This document shows positions 63,302-64,000 of a stretch of 64,000 nt of DNA, piece after piece. The translations under genes and the position numbers were made by a program. The stretch lies in assembly GCA_002633005.1 (NCBI GenBank), contig NMRA01000152.1, positions 422,594 to 486,593 on the forward strand, in the 5' to 3' direction. Below the pieces are notes generated by a model that saw only the letters and a list, made by a program, of their open reading frames with translations, did not search any database and had not been told where the DNA came from. Each line of letters opens with the position of its first letter. The stretch's first letter is position 1. This stretch comes from Phoronis australis. Taxonomy: Eukaryota; Animalia; Phoronida.

Positions 63302-64000
63302 CTGGAAAACAAGAATGCAGTATCGCAGTCATTATTGACCTTTGACACCATCTTGTGGTTAAGTCTCCACTAATAGTGCACAAAAATTGGCAAAATAGTC
63401 GTTTTTCTGGTTTCCAAATGCCGATTACTTTACAACACATTGTGGAAACTTCACCAAATGTTGTTATATGACATCTACACGACACAACACGACCTATGCT
63501 AGTAAATAGACTAAAGTTATGAATGCTAAATGGGCATCGTCTAATCACTAAAACAGATGTTTTTAAAATCCCACAAAGAGACCGCTAGCATAAAGTTCAA
63601 AATGGAATACATCCAGTTAGTAGTGGTGACTTTTCCCATTCAAGCAATAAATGAACTCCATTCAGTCCAAGGTTTTATAATGTGTAATGAAAAATGTTAA
63701 TTCACTGTATAAAGTAAACAAAACAAAGGGTTCCACAAAAAATATGATACATAATCATGCTTTTCAAAGATGATAAACTGCCTGCGGCTTTAACTTTTCA
63801 CCATCACCAACAGGCAAAGGTCAACCAACAGCGTCACACAGAAAACATGTTATCAGAAAATTAGGATTGAGTGTGGCTACTATGGTAATCTTCACTGGTT
63901 TAGCTTGATATAGAAATATTCTGCTGGTTGTTTTGGTAAAAGGCAACACAACACATGAAAATGTCATTGGGAGATATAAAATTTACAGCAATGTCTGCAT

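Overview
Eukaryotic, AT-rich, intron-containing genomic DNA from an invertebrate animal; the NF1 protein looks protostome-like, but the species cannot be named from sequence alone. The window holds two convergent protein-coding genes. (1) On the + strand, a two-coding-exon LHFPL-family tetraspan gene most like LHFPL7/TMEM211: 8480-8867 joined to 31747-31979, 206 aa, with a 22.9-kb intron. (2) On the - strand, the 3' part of neurofibromin NF1: 18 coding exons from 63301 to the stop at 40257, about 938 codons, with all GT-AG junctions in compatible phase; the 5' part lies outside the window. Three NF1 exons occur twice (49820-52541 and 53098-55903) on either side of a 556-N gap. The copies differ only by synonymous and intronic changes, so they are most likely two uncollapsed haplotypes. 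The rest is intron, UTR or intergenic DNA with tRNA-derived SINEs, small TIR elements (TA, 5-, 6- and 8-bp target-site duplications), mini- and microsatellites, a 128-bp near-perfect palindrome and several CTCF-like motifs. I found no CRISPR array, rRNA or intact transposase/RT ORF, and no well-supported novel system. The best leads are the in-frame duplicated NF1 cassette, a candidate extra 90-nt NF1 exon and the co-oriented CTCF-like motifs.
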